Source of the DNA: an uncultured Gammaproteobacteria bacterium
GTDB lineage: Bacteria > Pseudomonadota > Gammaproteobacteria > CAWCPV01
Direction: 5' to 3'
DNA length: 64,000 nt
NCBI GenBank assembly: GCA_963797555.1
Contig: CAWCPV010000003.1
Span: forward strand, 64,001-128,000
The translations under genes were made by a program, and so were the position numbers. The notes under the pieces are model-generated. The model was not told the DNA's origin. It saw nothing but the letters and a program-made list of their open reading frames with translations, and ran no database searches. Positions 61,186 through 64,000 of the stretch are shown one piece after another (position 1 is the first letter of the stretch; each line of letters starts with the position of its first letter).

Positions 61186-62460
61186 TCAAGCGGTGCGCTG
61201 GATCGCCAACATCGTTATATCGTCGGATTGGCTGGCCCCCGCCGTGAAGGTACGGAGGTCCGAGACGATATCCTCGAGCAACGCCGATACCGGCCGGCTC
61301 GACCGGCCCACACGCGAAAGTAACCTCGATTCCGAATACTGCTTACCATCTTCATCGATGGCTTCCGTGACTCCATCGGTGAACGCCAGCAGCGTGTCAA
61401 ACGGTTCTAGTTGCGCCTCTGCGACCTCGAAGCGCGCTCCCGGGAAGATTCCGACGGCTGGGCCGGTGGCGTCGAGCCTCGTCATAGTTCCTCTCCGCCC
61501 GAAAATGACCGGCGCCTCATGACCACCGTTGATATACAGCAAGGAGCCGCTATCGGCGCCGAGCAGCCCAAAGAAGAGGGACGCGAACATGCTGGTTCCG
61601 GCGTGCGTGCAGGAGACGTAATTGTTGGTAAGCGCAACGCTATTCTTCAGGTTTTGCACGGCGCCGAGGCGGGGATCATTTACACTAGAGCGACGTTCCG
61701 GCACTCGAGTTTCCGCTGCTGCCTGCGCCACGAAGTCACCGGAAAGCGATGTGGCGCGGAGCAGGCTTCGGAATAGCGTCATGAACAGCGCAGCCCCGAC
61801 ACCTTTGTCACAGACGTCGCCGATCACCAAACCCACCCGATGGATCGAGGAGACCCAAAACACATCATAGAAGTCCCCTGCCACCTCGTGCGCAGCTCGA
61901 AAATAGGCACCGAGTTCCCAACCCGGCAACTTCGGGAATTGCTTGGGCAAAAATTCGGTTTGGATCTGGCGCCCGATTTCCAATTCATGCTCCAATGCCC
62001 GGACTTGCCAGGAGCGCTCCGTGACATCGTTTATGATGTTTCTTTCCCTCTGAGCCAGTACGCGCAGGAGGCCGCTGGCGGCCTCGGGTTGAGTCGACAA
62101 CACATCCCGCAGCGATTGCTGTGTGATCTCGATTAGCGTCGTATCCACTTCCGCCGTTATCGACGCACTACGGACCTCGCCGGTGAGTGCTGCCATCTCC
62201 CCGAACACGTCACCTTTGCTGAGGTGTTTCAGCACCAAGTCATCGTCGTGCACCCGCACGAGTCCGTCCGCGACAATGTACATGGTGGTCCCCGGCTCTC
62301 CTTTGCGGATGACCGCCTCCCCGGCCTTGACCGAGATCGTCCGGACCACCTCCCCGAACCGGACAATGACTGCGTCCGGTGCCGCTCTGAGGAACTCGCT
62401 TTGTCTGAGCTGCTCGATGAGATCGTCGGGGCTAAGCATGGACCTGCCACTCGTCACCAA
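61186..62460 (-). CDS. cNMP-binding + SpoIIE/PP2C phosphatase
   Basis: FGEMAAL..RSASI (cNMP). AGDFYD, GDVCDKG, FTDGVTEA, DDITML (PP2C). Confidence 0.92.
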   Translation of the reverse strand: MVTSGRSMLSPDDLIEQLRQSEFLRAAPDAVIVRFGEVVRTISVKAGEAVIRKGEPGTTMYIVADGLVRVHDDDLVLKHLSKGDVFGEMAALTGEVRSASITAEVDTTLIEITQQSLRDVLSTQPEAASGLLRVLAQRERNIINDVTERSWQVRALEHELEIGRQIQTEFLPKQFPKLPGWELGAYFRAAHEVAGDFYDVFWVSSIHRVGLVIGDVCDKGVGAALFMTLFRSLLRATSLSGDFVAQAAAETRVPERRSSVNDPRLGAVQNLKNSVALTNNYVSCTHAGTSMFASLFFGLLGADSGSLLYINGGHEAPVIFGRRGTMTRLDATGPAVGIFPGARFEVAEAQLEPFDTLLAFTDGVTEAIDEDGKQYSESRLLSRVGRSSRPVSALLEDIVSDLRTFTAGASQSDDITMLAIQRTA

Positions 62461-63003
62461 GGTGAACGCCCCTTGGCTCGTCGATTAGATGAGCTGCACG
62501 CTACCCCGCACTGTATGCTTCTGTTACCTCGATATCAATATCATCAATATCGGTGGGCTCGGAGACTCGTGAAGAACTCATCGCAAGCACCCCAATAGCC
62601 TGGCGCGCGAAAAGTTCGATTGCTTGAGCGGTGCTGGTCGCGAACGTGTGGGACGCCCGCGAGAGATGCATGAGCCCTCGACGGCGCCTGCATCTGCTTC
62701 GGAAACACGCCGCGTCCGCCGTGGAGCCGGCCCGGCGGGGCTGTGGGGAAGGCATCCTGAACCGTGGCACCGAACAGGGCGAAGCCACCGGCCATCGGCC
62801 GTTCAAACGCCCGGCCGGGACGCCCGGTTGTCCTCGGACGGGACTGCTCGGGCATTCCAGACTCCGATATCTGCACCGGACTCGAAGGGATCAGCAACCG
62901 CGGCAGCAAAGGGCTCGAACGCCAGCCCAGCGGCTTCCACGGCCTGGGCTGCCTCCTCCGCCTGAAAGTGCTTGTCCTACACGAAACGACTTACGGGAAG
63001 CCG

Positions 63004-64000
63004 CTACGATACCTGCGCGGGCTCCGGATTCGCGCCAGCCTCCAGATTTTCAGCGACCATCTCCAGCAGACTGTGGACCGTCTTGTCCCAGTGGAAGTGT
63101 TTCTGGCCGTCGTCCAGGGTCAGGCGGCAATTGGAGCAGCTCGTGGCGAATATGTCGGCCCCCGTCTCTTCCACCTGTTCCATCTTGATCTTGAACGCCC
63201 TGTAGCGTAACGGATCGGCCCGATGCTGGGCGACCACGCCGCCCCCGCCTCCACAGCACCAGTTCAGGGTGCCGGACGCCTCCATGTCGCGAACCTCCGC
63301 GCCCATGGCCCGCAGGATCTCACGAGCTTCATTCACCGCCCCGCCACGGCGCGTCACCTGGCAAGGGTCGTGGAAGGTCACGGATTTTGGGTACGGCCTC
63401 AGCTTCAGCCTGCCCTCCTTGATCAACTTGCTCAAGAACTCGGTGATGTGCAACACCTCGAAGGGCAGCGGCTTGCCATAGAAGTTTGCCCCCGCCCAAC
63501 GCAGCGCGGGGTAGGCGTGCCCGCACTCCGGCAGCACCAGGGTCTTGGCACCGACGTGGATCGCGGCATGGATGAGCTTCAGGGAGAACTCCCGCTGCCA
63601 GCCGACCTGCCCGGAGAACAGGCCGAAGTTGGTGGCCTCGTAGCCGTCGCTGCGGAACGTCCAGTTCAAGCCCACGTGCTTGAACACCTTGGCGAGGGCA
63701 ACGATCGACTCGGGATACTTCATGATCTCGATGGACGACACCGTCATCAGCACATCGGCCTTTTCCCTGTCCATAGGGATCTTGATGTCGTGCTCGTCTT
63801 CCAGCCATTCGATACGGTCTCTCAGGACCTCGGGGCTCGCACCCAGCGGGCTGCCCTCGGCATGGGCACGCGCCGTGGGCTCCCACAGCTCGTGGGGCAC
63901 CATCTGAGCGTCTGCCCAGGCATGGCGCGCCAGGCTCACCAGACTCGCGATATCGATGCCCATGGGGCAGATCATGGAGCAGCGCCCACACACGGTGCAG
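63004..64000 (-). CDS. Heterodisulfide-reductase-like Fe-S/CCG-domain protein; 5'-truncated by the window edge
   Basis: CTVCGRCSMICP, PECGH, FHDPC, CCGGGGG, CSNC. Confidence 0.88.
   Translation of the reverse strand, partial: CTVCGRCSMICPMGIDIASLVSLARHAWADAQMVPHELWEPTARAHAEGSPLGASPEVLRDRIEWLEDEHDIKIPMDREKADVLMTVSSIEIMKYPESIVALAKVFKHVGLNWTFRSDGYEATNFGLFSGQVGWQREFSLKLIHAAIHVGAKTLVLPECGHAYPALRWAGANFYGKPLPFEVLHITEFLSKLIKEGRLKLRPYPKSVTFHDPCQVTRRGGAVNEAREILRAMGAEVRDMEASGTLNWCCGGGGGVVAQHRADPLRYRAFKIKMEQVEETGADIFATSCSNCRLTLDDGQKHFHWDKTVHSLLEMVAENLEAGANPEPAQVS

Overview
GC-rich bacterial DNA, probably gammaproteobacterial judging from the fused rlmKL (inference). Housekeeping blocks alternate with three accessory regions. 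(1) 1-7.4 kb holds a caspase-family (C14) protein with a C-terminal NlpC/P60-like domain, a lipoprotein TPR-CHAT protease, a lipoprotein with a duplicated Cys-rich module, and an exported GH24 lysozyme with no phage context. A decayed zone follows at 7.4-13.4 kb: IS5 remnant, pseudogenes, a locally inverted patatin fragment and an orphan gene. (2) 15.7-17.9 kb is a type II-like restriction-modification cassette bracketed by rlmKL and a diverged duplicate of its 3' end. (3) 35.9-49.8 kb is a defence island: a SNF2-DUF3883 / DUF1156 methylase / DUF499 ATPase backbone with HicBA, an ABC-ATPase/DUF4276 pair and a putative reader-nuclease nested between the core genes. It is followed by a RAYT remnant, a Uma2 nuclease and a complete IS1380 with TIRs and a 5-bp TSD. 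A small MITE-like repeat family recurs 5-6 times and twice abuts stop codons. Many genes carry indels, most densely in the defence island; these may be sequencing errors or real decay. No rRNA, tRNA or CRISPR array was seen. All calls come from motif recognition by eye; no searches were run.
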